Source: Podarcis muralis
Taxonomy: Eukaryota
DNA: 64,000 nucleotides
Assembly: GCF_964188315.1 (NCBI RefSeq)
Contig: NC_135664.1
Span: 16,740,001-16,804,000 of the forward strand
Direction: 5' to 3'
Shown here: positions 12,134 to 24,450 of the stretch, piece by piece
How positions within the stretch are numbered: the first letter of the stretch is position 1
Layout of the letters: each line of letters starts with the position of its first letter
The notes under the pieces: model-generated
What the model was told of the DNA's origin: nothing
The model's input: only the letters and a program-made list of their open reading frames with translations
Databases searched by the model: none
Made by a program: the position numbers and the translations under genes

Positions 12134-14341
12134 AGCAGAATAGTATTTTAAAGTAATCTATTTTTTATAATTTTTATTCAGTTTTTAGCAATATAACCAT
12201 TTAAGAATACACAACACTTATACATCCTCGATCTGGATAATGCAAAAACGAGAGAGAAAAAGGAATATTTCTAATTGAGATAAAGTCATTTATTTAATTT
12301 AAAGTATAGTTATGAAATCAAATTACTTTCCTTATTAGGTTATTAAGAAAACGGAACCAGAACTAACATCCTATAGGAGTATTTCTTCTGATATTCTTAA
12401 ACTCCACCTTGCCAAGATCAGTATTTTGAGAGACAGCTGTTCCATAAAGCCAAAGTAAAATAATTCCAAACGTATTGGGAGATTTGTGGCACCTACTTTG
12501 CTGTTCTCTTCTGTAGTCCTCAGAATGTCATTCCTCAAAATGCAACATAGATCAGAACACATAATGTAGATCTGTCCTTTCGGTACCTCCAAAGGAGGAT
12601 TGTTCATAAAAACAAGACCAAAGCTGGTTTAAAATGCATGATAATGATAGTGACTCCAAACACCCTCTCTGTTGGGCTAGGTATGTGTGTGAGGCCTGAT
12701 GCAAGTCATTTCGGGACCAGGGAGGATGACAATTTGCCTGCACCCTGACTTCTGTCCTAGCCGGCAAGTGGCAGGCTTGCAGGTGTGGCTGTGGTGCTGC
12801 CGCTACCTAACCAGGAATTTGGACCTGCAGAGTGACATTTGCAAAAAACTATCTTTGAAGGAGGTCACTTTAAAAAACATAATAATCTGAACACTATTAT
12901 GGTTTGGGGAAGCAGGCATTTTGTTTTCCCACCCTAAAAATATTGCAAACTTGCTGTGTATACTGCAAACTGTGCTGTTCTTTGTAAATTGGATTGAAAA
13001 GCACACCATTTAAATTTTGTGGAACAGCACTCTTGATTGGTGCAGACTTCCATAAGAACCTATAGCACGAAAAAGGGAAGAAAGCCTGGGGGATTCATTG
13101 AAGTAGAAATAGAAATATCCCCTGTAAATAGTACATCCTTAACTGAAAACCCTTCTTTTCCCCTTGGCGAAAAGCTTGGCAGAGATGGAATTACACTCTG
13201 TCATCTTGTCCTAAAATGTGCTAGAAAAAAAGAGAGTGTTCTGCAGGGTTTGTTTTGTTTTGGCTTTTGGAAAGCACAAACGCAACATCTATTGAGCACA
13301 GAAGTTATTCAAACTTTTCCAACATAATTAAAGCACGTTAACCACACTGCAACAATAGCCAGAGGACACAGCAGGAGTCACAAGTCAGGCTGGAAAGAAT
13401 CAAGACGCTTGTTTTGAAAGGGCAACAAAGACAAACTTTCCTCCAAAAACCCTCATTCACAATTGGAGAGATGAAGTAGAGCTTTGGGCTGCTGGGGGAC
13501 AGAAATAAAAAGTTTCCTGACAAAGAGGGATGTCTGGTGGCTTCGTGAGCCTCAGGGAAAATAGCCAACTGAGCATTCAAGTGTTTGATTATTTCTGTTA
13601 TATAAGGAAACAAGCAGCTGGAAGGAAGGTGAGAAAACAGGGTGGGTTAAAAATTTGCTTGAATTGACCGGATGCTTGAGGACACACCGAGCTATCTGCA
13701 TGCTCTCTCTTTTTAATGTTTCATTCTGCTTTTGTCCGCTGTTGTGTGACTTTAGCAATTGTACGGCCTATTTCCCCCCCAACTGAGACAGTTTTCCCTT
13801 TGGGAACTGTAACATACCTGTAGCGAATAAATGAACCATACGAAAAAGGGAATCTAGCTGTATAGACAGAGTGTACGGAAGTGCTGTGTCTGTCCTCTTG
13901 TTCTAAAATAAATCATTAAAAAAACCCACACCTTTGTTTCCCGCCCCCCAAGGAGAACATTTTATTTATTCTATAAAGCAGTGCACTTGTTCTGTCATTT
14001 ACACAAACACATAACATTTAGCTGGTCTGAAACTTCCATTACTTCTTTTAAATTGGGGTGTAGAAACTCCGGCTCACAGATCAGAAGTGGACTGCGAGGC
14101 CACTTTGCCCAAATCATACCCACTGGTACATCAGTTGACGCTACTTAAAAGAAAAGGGTGTGTGTGGATGCTTCAAACATCACTTTACAAAGGCCTTAAG
14201 ACAGCCGTTGCACTTCCATTTCAGGCTGAAATGGGAGCATGTGGTGCTTTTTATCAGGGGATACTCCAAGGTACACAGGGCTGGCACCTCTTTTTGTTGT
14301 TGTTAAAAAGTGTGGCACATACTGTAACAACTTCTTGGTGA

Positions 14342-14699
14342 GTAAAGTAAAGATAAAGGGACCCCTGACCGTTAGGTCCAGTCGTGACCGACTCTGGGGT
14401 TGCGGCGCTCATCTCATTTTACTGGCCGAGGGAGCCGGCGTACAGCTTCCGGGTCATCTGGCCAGCATGACTAAGCTGCTTCTGGCGAAGCAGAGCAGCG
14501 CACGGAAACGCCGTTTACCTTCCCGCCAGAGTGGTACCTATTTATCTACTTGTACTTTTGACGTGCTTTTGAACTGCTAGGTTGGCAGGAGCAGGGACCG
14601 AGCAACGAGAGCTCACCCCGTCGCAGGGATTCGAATCGCTGACCTTCTGATCAGCAAGTCCTAGGCTCTGTGGTTTAACCCACAGCGCCACCCACGTCC
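14342..14699 (-). mobile_element. Sauria SINE, full length, variant A
   Basis: 11-bp TSD cttcttggtga. Confidence 0.93.
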
Positions 14700-15824
14700 C
14701 TTCTTGGTGATTACCAGCACCTATTTTTCTAGGGGGGGAAAGCACCCAGAGCACGGGGGCTGTTTTGACGCCTTTGAGTCTCCTTGCATTCCCCTCTAGG
14801 ACTGGGAGTTTGAAAGGGGACAGCCATGCATCTCTGACAGGTAGGAGATGTCATTATTTGGCATGAGATGTCATAATGTTATGTGATTGACAGGTGTGTA
14901 GTCCTGGCCAGCTGTCAAAATTTGAAGCACGAGGTCGATCCTGAAAAAGATCTGGCCCATGCAGCTGTAAAAGTTTCCCAGCCCTGTGTGAAGTTGTTCA
15001 ATGTGTACCTTGGGAGTCTTGTGGACCAGGAGAATAACAATTTTATCATGTTAGGAGCAAAGGGAGTGACATCATGCTGAATCAGACCATTTAGCTGGGG
15101 GGGCAGGATGCCTTCTGAGGCATCGGAGCTGTTCAGCTGGGGGGCGGGAGGCCTCTTCCACCCCCCAGTTGAGCAGTTCTGTGAAGCCCCATGCTCTTCA
15201 AGCTTGCCCTTGGACCTGAGAAGCATTAGAACTCACTTTCTGGGCCATGTATCTCAGAAGAAGCCACTGAGATAAATTCCATATACCCGCATTTAGCTGC
15301 TGATATATCACAGTGTTGAAAACAAAGTATCGCCCAGACCTAGAACTAAACTAAATCACCAGAAGGTGAGCTGTTGTGCAAAGCACAGTGACAATCTGCT
15401 TAGCCACTTCCCCTGTTGCACTTCCAAGATGAGACATGAATCCCAAACTCATAAGGCAAGGTTCACTGAAACCCCACCTACGAGCAGTGGGAGAGTCCTC
15501 TAAACTTGATAGTCCTTGAAAACAATTAGAAGTTCTTCTCAGTTAAAAAGTAGACGGCAAGAGGAAGGGATCCCTTACATTTTTTAAAAAAAATGATAAG
15601 CATGTGAGCTGTTTGCACTCTTTCCCCCCTCACCCCTCCAACTGCAAGAGCCCTAAGAAACTGTGCCAGAGGTTTGTGCCCAGTCCTAGCTCACTGCCAT
15701 CCAGCAACTCTTTAACAAGTTTTTCCCCTGCCTTCAAGAAGGCGCTGGTTCTGAGCAGAGGCTGGATGATCCGCGGAAGGCTTTCACTGTGCAATTAACA
15801 AGATGAATAAGTCCCTGGCAGGGA

Positions 15825-15897
15825 GTGGTGCTGCGGACCCCCTGGGTGTGTTCCGCAGACCCCCTGGGGTTCCCAGACCCCTAATTGGGAACCACTG
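15825..15897. mobile_element. hAT MITE end fragment
   Basis: gcggaccccctg...cagacccctaattgggaaccactg resembles a hAT terminal sequence; only one end seen. Confidence 0.45.
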
Positions 15898-15969
15898 CTT
15901 TAGAACATTGCAAAACAAATGCACACATAATTATATGCAAGGACAATTCCCTCACCCCACACACAATGG

Positions 15970-15971
<2 letters not shown>

Positions 15972-16060
<89 letters not shown>
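15972..16060. repeat. Compound microsatellite (TC)18-(AC)n-(GA)18
   Basis: 36-nt TC arm 15972-16007, 17-nt AC loop, 36-nt GA arm 16025-16060. Confidence 0.97.
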
Positions 16061-16062
<2 letters not shown>

Positions 16063-16078
16063 ATCCTGTTGCACTTAC

Positions 16079-16205
16079 GTTGCCTGTGGCTCCCCGGCTC
16101 ATATTTTGAGGGTAAGCACTTGTAATATTCAGGCAAATGCCATCTGGGCTCCAGAGCCAGTGGTTTTCCTGAGCTGATCTTGCACAGTCTTTTTTCCTCG
16201 TGCAT
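16079..16205 (-). CDS. PLXNB2: Plexin-B2 coding exon 5 (PSI domain 1, second part), 127 nt
   Basis: CTRKKDCARSAQENHWLWSPDGICLNITSAYPQNMSRGATGN; acceptor tttattccag, donor AAC|GTAAGT, phase 2/0. Confidence 0.96.
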
Positions 16206-17149
16206 CTGGAATAAATAACAAAATTTAAAGTTGTCCAAAGTAATTACATTTTAAAAATCCGCACTCATTAACCCAAAATACAAAAGCATTCAAATGCATA
16301 AGCACTGGCGGTGGAAAGGTGGCATAGAATGTGTGCTTAATATTTCTTTTCTTTTCTTCTATTCTGTTTACTTATTATTCTTTATGACAGGATAATTACC
16401 TGTTAGCATTTTCAAATTACAACAACAAACGTTCAAATATTTATCTTAAATTCAATGAACTGTACACAAAGTGGGGAGGGGGGGGGACCCTAACCTAGTA
16501 TTCAAGCAACATGTTAACAGAAAAGTAGTTTAGCTGTTAAGGAACAATATTGTGCCTACAGAGTGTGGAAATCTGGAGTGTTTTGCTTATTCCTTAGCAC
16601 GCTGCAAATTTGTCACCAGGTCTTTAGTCTCAGCCTGAGGCTTAGCTCTGTCAGCTTATGCTTGAGTCACAAATGAAAACATACATCCTTGGCTATAAGA
16701 TTGACTATTCCCCACTGCTGCTGGGAAAGTGAACTCAAGGAAAATTCTTGAAATATGAAACCACTTTCAGGTTCTCTCCATCATTATACTGAATCCAGTA
16801 GATGCAGAGGTGCCAAGCAAAATTGTATAGAGAGCAACACAAGGATACCTATTGCGGTCTCTGGATGGCTAAATATTTTACTGACATGCCTTCCTGAAAT
16901 GTAAACTATCATGAAGGGCAAGTGCATCAAACACACTGCATAACAATGGATAACAACAAGGAGTCTTCCGACATCTTAAAAGACTGGCAGATCTGCTGTG
17001 GCCCCAAGCTTCTATGGCTAGAGCCGATTTCATCAAATGCATCGTTTTGTGTCAATGAAAAACTAGAAGCTCAGTATTTGCCTACACTAAACTTATACAA
17101 TATCGCCTCTGCTAACCGACAGTGGTTCTCAGGGTTTCATAGAAGAGTA

Positions 17150-17602
17150 CCGTATTTTTCGCACCATAGGACGCACTTTTTCCCCTCCAAAAATGAAGGG
17201 GAAATGTGTGTGCGTCCTATGGTGCGAATGCAGGCTTTCGCTGAAGCCTGGAGAGTGAGAGGGGTCGGTGGGCACCGACCCCTCACGCTCTCCAGGCTTC
17301 GCGGACCTCTCTGCAAGCAGCGGGAGCGTTCCTGCTGCTTGCGGAGACTTGCCTGCATGCTGAAGCCTGCGCGCGCTGAGCTCAGCGCGTCCAGGCTTCG
17401 CGGACCTCTCCGCAAGCAGCGGGAGCGCTCCCACGGCTTGCAGAGAGCTGCCTGTTTGGGGGCTGGGGTCGGGGGAAGCTCGAGCTTCCCCCGCCCCAGC
17501 CCCACGCCTGGGGAAAAAATAATTCCCCCCCTTTATTCCCCCCCCCCAAAAAAAACTGGTGCGCCCTATGGTCCAGTGCGCCCTATGGTGCGAAAAATAC
17601 GG
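17150..17602 (+). mobile_element. Non-autonomous Tc2/pogo-like element with a hairpin-array core
   Basis: TIR ccgtatttttcgcaccataggacgcac / gtgcgccctatggtgcgaaaaatacgg; TA flanks; five internal hairpins. Confidence 0.9.
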
Positions 17603-18264
17603 TATTTACAATTCCTATCTGGAAATGCTGGTAATCTGAACCAGGTATCGTCTACAGGAGTTCCTACAACTCATGAGTTCTATAACTACACCCTTTCTCC
17701 ATCAATACAACTATTGCTTACAGTATGGTACAGGTGAGCCCTAACTTTGAAAAAATAAAATAAAAATTAAGTCATGCTGACTGCAATTCCCAAAATTGCA
17801 TTTGAAAGAAAACACAACCAGAGCAGATAATTTAGTAGCAAAAAAATGCAATTCGGCGGCTTGCGGGAGATCAACTGGGAGGCCTCTGCTGAACACAGAA
17901 CCTTTTCCTTTCAGTTGTTTGGGGCGGCGGGAGAGTAAAGAGCCAAATATCGGATCATTGGCAGCTGCAGTCCTTGGAAAGGCCTAGGACCTCTAGGAAT
18001 TTGGTGCCTCATGAAGCATATATCATCTGCTGTGGATCTGCAGCCTTCATTTTGTGACTGGTACTGCAGCTCCCAAAGAACACCAGGCCTAGATATTGTG
18101 TATGACAACAATAGCTGGGAAATTATTATTTAATTTATTGTTTGCCCGCTCTCTGTAACTCCAATATCCTTGAACTCGTTTCCCCCTTGTTGAAATTATA
18201 GATATCTGCATTGGGTTCCAATATTTTTCTGCTGCTTTTTAATGATTTAAATAAAGCTTGTTTA

Positions 18265-18477
18265 CAGTGGACGCTCGGGTTGCAAACATGATCCATGCGG
18301 GATGCACATTCGCAACCCGCAGTGGTGTGTCTGCGCACGCGTGGGTTGCGACTCAGCGCTTCTGTGCATGCGCAACCGCTGAAACCTGGAAGTAACCCGT
18401 CCCGGTACTTCCAGGTTTCAGCAGTCTGTAACCCAAAAAAACGCAACCTGAAGCATCTGTAACCCGAGGTATGACTG
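18265..18477. mobile_element. Tigger-like MITE (distinct family)
   Basis: Ends cagtggacgctcgggttgc / gtaacccgaggtatgactg; TA flanks. Confidence 0.8.
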
Positions 18478-18554
18478 TATTTTGTTTTTTTAAACAAATA
18501 AACACATGGTGTGGATTTCTGGAAAGCAATTCCAATTCTGAATCCAGTGCCCAG

Positions 18555-18556
<2 letters not shown>

Positions 18557-18595
<39 letters not shown>

Positions 18596-18620
18596 GTGTG
18601 TAGGGTGTATGTGTGTGTGT
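18557..18620. repeat. (TG)n microsatellite, interrupted
   Basis: Read directly. Confidence 0.95.
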
Positions 18621-20213
18621 CACTGAAGAAGGTTTTGGACTGACTTAGAGACTCTCATTCTGACATTTGGACCCGCAACAAATTTCTGCAGTATGTCTTG
18701 TACCTGTTCACAATTCCAATCGCGCCCTATTCTAGGACACTCCATTCCATTTCCCAAAGATTTCTAGTCTCTATCCACCCCCACCCAGCCCAAAGCCAGC
18801 CAGCATTTTATTGCCCCCGAGCGTACAATGCTCCCTGGGCTCTTTTGTGGGGAGGGGGTCCTCTTTAGACACTTGGAGACTTAATTGTCTGTAAGTGTAT
18901 GTGATCAAAACTGGCTGTTTGCTGACAAAGACCTTTGAAAGTCTTTAATAATGAGGTCAGGAGTCACCATGAGAAGTCTTAGAGAAAAGCTGAGATCCCC
19001 CCAACCCGGCAATATGCAAATATGCCTTTGCATTCATAGGTAGTCAGCCTCTCATTCAAATTAAATTGTGTGGTTTCCTCTGCATTTCAAGTATGTATAT
19101 ATAGAGGGGTATTCTTCGTTTGGCTTCATGATAAGCTTTGAGGCAATTTTACTGCTGCAGTTAAGATGTTTGCAGTGGAAGTAGGATTCCTGAAACCTAT
19201 CTCCTTTTTCCTATAATTAAGTAAACCTTGTATGCCAGTAGCATGCACTTCATATCACAAACTCCCACATGGTTCTGCCATGGGGTTAATTAACCTGGAA
19301 GTTTGAAGCAGAGGAGACTGACTTAGTCATCTTCACCACCCTTTACTTATTTAAAAATAAGCCTCCAGCCATGCAAAAGCTTTCGTTCAGAAAATGCTAA
19401 GCCTACTTCGGAGGTATAACAGTTACGCCAGTGTGTTCAATGATAGGCCCAGGTGAGGGCCTATAATTTAATTTCAGAAGGGAAAAAAACTCACTTTCCA
19501 TTTCAACTTCTCAATTTCAGAACAAAAAGAACAGTCACAGGTGGCGATGTTCCCCCAAATAATACCTTGCAAAAGATTTCAAGTTCAATCAGCTGTTTGT
19601 GTTCTCACCTCGTAAGAGGTATGAGAAGTCCAGTAGCTCAAAATAAGCAATTAAAAGCAATAATAAAAGGAAAAGGAAGGCCACAAATTTGGAAATCCAT
19701 GTATCGAGCTTGATCTCTTTTCAGCTCATCAGCATCTTTTATTTGTATGGTGCCTTTGCATAGTTTAAGTCACGGTCAAGGTGGCTGACAACATCGAATT
19801 ATTTACGTAAGTCGCTCTTCCAGTTGCAGAAATATAACAAAATGTAAACGGTTATAAACAATCAGCTACCGGTAATTAAAACACCTCAATAAATAGGGAA
19901 TAAAATTTCCCATGTAACAATAAAATTCCAAAACTAACAATAAAATCCCAAAACATACTCCCAATAGCAGCAAGAATAATGCATCGCTGAGTTGCATCCA
20001 ATCTCAGCCCAACCTGGAGTAGACAATGAAGACAATGGATGTAAAAGGCAAAAGAGTTATACCAATCTGAAGAGAAGCCAGAGTATATGGAATTGTAATT
20101 GTTAATCCTTATAGTGATTTGGAAAACGCCCCCCCCCCCGCTTTTTTCACGTTCTCACTTTTTATTTTTTATTCTAAGTTGTTTATTTTCAGTGTGTTTT
20201 TTTAAAGAAAACC

Positions 20214-20253
<40 letters not shown>
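20214..20253. repeat. (AAT)n microsatellite
   Basis: Read directly. Confidence 0.96.
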
Positions 20254-20255
<2 letters not shown>

Positions 20256-21252
20256 CGATGGACGTGACTAACTTAAGTTCATGAATGACTCCTGCTGGAA
20301 TTGCAGGAGAAACCACAGCTAATCTGAGCTACATCGAACAATGGTCCGATTTGGACCATTCCTATGTGTTGTGGTTCTGAAGAAAAGCTATAACAGACCA
20401 ACACAATTTAATTTTGCTATTTAGGCATGTTACAGCAGCAGAAAGTGTTTTAGAGAAATCTTCAACGTTATGAGGAGATTTCCTGTTAAAACACTGAAGA
20501 TTTTGGCTTTTATCTTGGTTTATTTTGACTTCTCATAGCTTCCAGCTTGGGAGCACGGAGGGCTAAGCAAACAAGAGTGCTGTGTTTTTTGTTCCTTTCT
20601 TTTTCTCTGTCTTTAAAATTTGTATGTTTAGCGTGTCAATAAAGTCCTGACACCCTGGTAGGAAATAATCACTACCAGGAATCTCAACTGACTTGAAGGT
20701 GTATATCGTGAAAAAGGAAATGGAAAATCTACCTCATCCATAGTCAATGTGTGTTTGGTAGAAATGGAAGGCAACTTTTTGCCACAACACCCTGAATATA
20801 ATAAATTCCAGCATGTCTCTCGGTAGCAGACAAAAACTTTGTACCCTTAAAACATCAGAAATCTAAAAGCAAAATTGAAATTCAGTATGGTTCTCTTCCC
20901 TCCACCATCCAAAGATTCCCAAGTGCTGTTTTTCAGCTGGAAGGATTGTATTAAGGAATGTTTAGAGTTAAAATACTAGAATAAGGCTATCACCAGATAA
21001 ATGCTAGATATTCACCAGCTGTGGCTTGGCAACCACCATTTTCATGCAAATTATATACAAGCTATACAGACAAAATATGCAAATTAGCTTCCTCCCTGCT
21101 GCTCATTATATGTTTACACTGTGGTAATTTGTGATGAAGAGTTTTCCCCAGTTCTGGTACAAATGCTTTGAAGAAATCATTCAGCATACATGATATTCTG
21201 AAAAGAAATAACATGCATAATACAATATATCCCTGTAGCATGGAATACTTAC

Positions 21253-21353
21253 TTTCCTTCTGTTACACACCAGCCGCAATACGGATCCCGGGCTTGAATG
21301 CACAGGTCACAGGTTGAGTAACTCGTACATTCTTGGACAGGCAAGCGAAACAC
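21253..21353 (-). CDS. PLXNB2: Plexin-B2 coding exon 4 (PSI domain 1, first part), 101 nt
   Basis: [33 protein letters not shown](K); acceptor ctcttattag, donor AA|GTAAGT, phase 0/2. Confidence 0.97.
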
Positions 21354-21775
21354 CTAATAAGAGTAGATACATCTAATAATAAATTATGGGAAAGTGCTTT
21401 GGTTATGAATAGATTATATAACTCTAATACGCTTTTCATATTTTTGTACCCCTAGCCAATTCACAATTTGTCCTGAGCTCACAGGAATTTGCTTGCATCA
21501 TCAATATTTGCAGTAAACTTAAGGTCATGTTTGGGGACAAACCACTTGAGGCCACTGAGAACCTCTCCTAAAAAAATATAGCATTAAAAAACCCAAAACA
21601 AATAAATTAAAAGCAGCTGTGTCTGCACTCTGTAGGAGTGATGCTGAGGTAGTGTGCTTTAATCCTTTTCCCTCTGCTGTTTTCCGGATACAAACCCCTG
21701 ACTCCAAAGCTAAAATTTGCCAAACTAAGCACACACGCACACCCACACACCTAAATGCACACTACTCATTATTAC

Positions 21776-22144
21776 CAGTGTTCGAAGCTCCCATTGTTCT
21801 AGGTGCATTTTGCAACAGGGAATTTCATTAGCGCGAGCAGTTTCTGAGCTCTGGGCGCAGTACTGCGCCTAAGATTTCAGATTAAAACTGCAGAGTGGAA
21901 GGAAAGGAGGACCCTTTTCTGCCTCCCCACTTCCAGCTACTCTCTGTGACTGGAGAAGAGACCCTCTTAAGAATATTAGCGGGGTGGCCATGTGAAAACA
22001 TAATATTTTAGCTGCAGTTCATTCATTTTCAGCTTTGTATTCTTGTTATAAAAAAGGGTGCCTAGACATTCCACTGTTGCACTTATAACCTAGGTTTAAG
22101 GTGCCGTTTAGCTCCTAGCTTTCATATCTCAGTTTCTAACACTG
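21776..22144. mobile_element. 369-bp non-autonomous hAT element
   Basis: TIRs cagtgttcgaagct / agtttctaacactg; perfect 8-bp TSD attattac. Confidence 0.83.
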
Positions 22145-22152
22145 ATTATTAC

Positions 22153-22333
22153 TCTGGTTTCAGTCATGGTGTTCAGTTGCGCCAGAAGTGGTTTAGTCCT
22201 GCTGGCCACATGATCCGGAAAGCTGTCTGTGGACAAACGCCGGCTCCCTCGGCCTGAAAGTGAGATGAGCGCCACAACCCCATAGTCACTTTTGATTAGA
22301 CGTAACCGTCCAGGGGTTCCTTTACCTTTTTAC
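22153..22333 (+). mobile_element. Sauria SINE, 5'-truncated, variant C
   Basis: ctgtctgtggacaaacgccggctccctcggcctgaaag...ccccatagtc...cctttaccttt. Confidence 0.88.
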
Positions 22334-23007
22334 TTTTTTTCATCACCAAAAAAGTTTCAAAAGTTACTATGATGCCATGTTTGCATGTTCCTCAAGGAAT
22401 AGTCTTTCTAACTATACCAAACAGTTATCTAAAAGCACAGAAATATTTTAAATAGGACATTCAAAGCATGTTATACATGCTCAGATTCGAATCTACCTGT
22501 TGATATTGGATGTGGTCCGTGACGCTAAACACCTGGAAGTTTCAGGGCAATTTTATCCCCAAGGGATTGTGTTTAGAATTTCATTTGTTTTGCTTCATTG
22601 GGGATACATTCATAAAGCAATTAAATATCAATGAGATGGCTTTCTGTTACCAAGGTGGTCAGTTCACATGTCTCAAAGCCTTTTGGCTCCTTTAGGTTCA
22701 CTCTACAGGTGACGGTTCAATGAGTGTGGGATTTTTCCAAGTGTAGAGATGAAGGAAACTTTAGCATTGGTTGCCTGCTGTTACTGAAAGCTTCATAGGA
22801 TTGAGAGGTGCAAGAACTCTGGATTTATGCCAGTGCCTAATTTAAGATAGAAGCCAGTTGCCAACTGCTAACACAAGCAAATGTCTCTATTCAGTCATTA
22901 ATTAGCCCTGACGAGGTAGATGCTTCCTTTTCTTGTAATTGGCATTGTTCCAACAATAACTTAAAAAAAGCAACAACAAAACTGGGGTAGTACCACTAGC
23001 AGGCCAA

Positions 23008-23031
23008 AGAGAGAGAGAGAGAGAGAGAGAG
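23008..23031. repeat. (AG)n microsatellite
   Basis: Read directly. Confidence 0.95.
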
Positions 23032-23970
23032 GATAGAGGTAAATTCAGGTGCCTCAAAACAGTGTTTAGACTCTAATGGGATTTTGGTGAAATTTTCTCT
23101 CTCAAGGGCAGTATGAGAGCTCAAAAACATAAATAAGAGAAGGATAACTGGTAGAAATGAAAATGGAACCAACTCCAAACTCCCCCACCCCACAAGTGAA
23201 TTTGGGATTGTTTCATTTTCAGGGGTTTGTTTCTAACTTGGTTTTGTTCAAACAAACAAGTTGTAGCAGTATTGCTTTGAATGCTTGTAATATACTTACA
23301 CAAAGAAACTTAATGTATCTCACTCAGTATTGATTCTGTACCAGTCATTCTTTCTGTTCTATGTGGCATTTGCAACTTTACAGTATCCTTGTGAAAATAT
23401 TTTCTCTGAAACACATTGGGCACTAAATAAACCTTGTTTTGTAGCACCTGAAGTTTCTTTCCTCTTTCTGTTTGGACTGTTCTCTCTCTTATCGTATCAA
23501 AAGGCTAAGCTCATCTATCTCTGCTCTTCATGAGGGACATTCCTGTTATACCCATGTTCCAGATACAGTATGGCTTTTATTGGGTCACAATTCTTACGTA
23601 TATTCCCAAACGCCACTTGTATTGTCATTTATCATCCAAAAAATCTGCTTTGGCCTGTGGCATCAGTCTCACTCTAGCAATCCCTTCTACTGAACATAAG
23701 TCACTTTATGTCTTCCTTCGCCTTCCTCTTTCCCCTAGAGGGATGCTTATTCCAACCATTGCCTGTCTTTAGTCTTCCTCAATCTGGTTGTTCCACAGTT
23801 GTTGGTTTGATCCCTGTGGGACAACCATGACAAAAGATTGCTACAACACCAGAGAGCTCCTTTCCTTTACTATCACTTCCCCTTGCCTTTTCTTTTGGGC
23901 AGCAAGGAGCCTTTGACTACTTTTGAACCATTTGGGGGATGTTATAAATAACTCAGGTTGCTCTTCCTTG

Positions 23971-24224
23971 GAGAGCCAGTGTGGTGTAGTGATTAAGAGC
24001 GGTAGTCTCGTAATCTGGGGAACCGGGTTCGCTTCCCCGCTCCTCCACATGCAGCTGCTGGGTGACCTTGGGCCAGTCACACTTCTTTGAAGTCTCTCAG
24101 CCTCACTCACCTCATAGTGTTTGTTGTGGGGGAGGAAGGGAAAGGAGAAAGTTAGCAGCTTTGAGACTCCTTAGGGTAGGGATAAAGCGGGATATCAAAT
24201 CCAAACTCTTCTTCTTCTTCTTCT
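23971..24224 (+). mobile_element. Squam3-like (Ther1/MIR-related) tRNA-derived SINE
   Basis: gccagtgtggtgtagtg (A box) ... gggttcgcttccccg (B-box-like), (ctt)n tail; highly similar to 43123 and 54204. Confidence 0.88.
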
Positions 24225-24450
24225 ACTATATAAGACAGGGCTCTAAAGTGATCTATGGAGGCTTGCTTACCTCCCTCCCTCCATCATGACTACAATGATC
24301 CATAATCTACCTCTCAATATTTGAAGCACACAGCCACAAGACTCATATCTAGCTCATGTTTCAACCGTGTCCACACAGCTTCAGGTCAAGGTGAAACTCA
24401 GGGAACTTGTTCCTTCTCCTCTCCTTTGTCCCAGTGGAGCAGGTAATTAT

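Noticed and set aside
16922-17737. 271-aa ORF (also the 239-aa ORF at 49941-50660 and ORFs at 60079-60724)
   Set aside because: These read through GC-rich, stop-poor hairpin cores of non-autonomous elements; no transposase or other domain motif.
19609-19636. 28-nt segment with donor GAG|GTGAGA
   Set aside because: The acceptor is a weak GAG, the length breaks the frame, and there is no other support.
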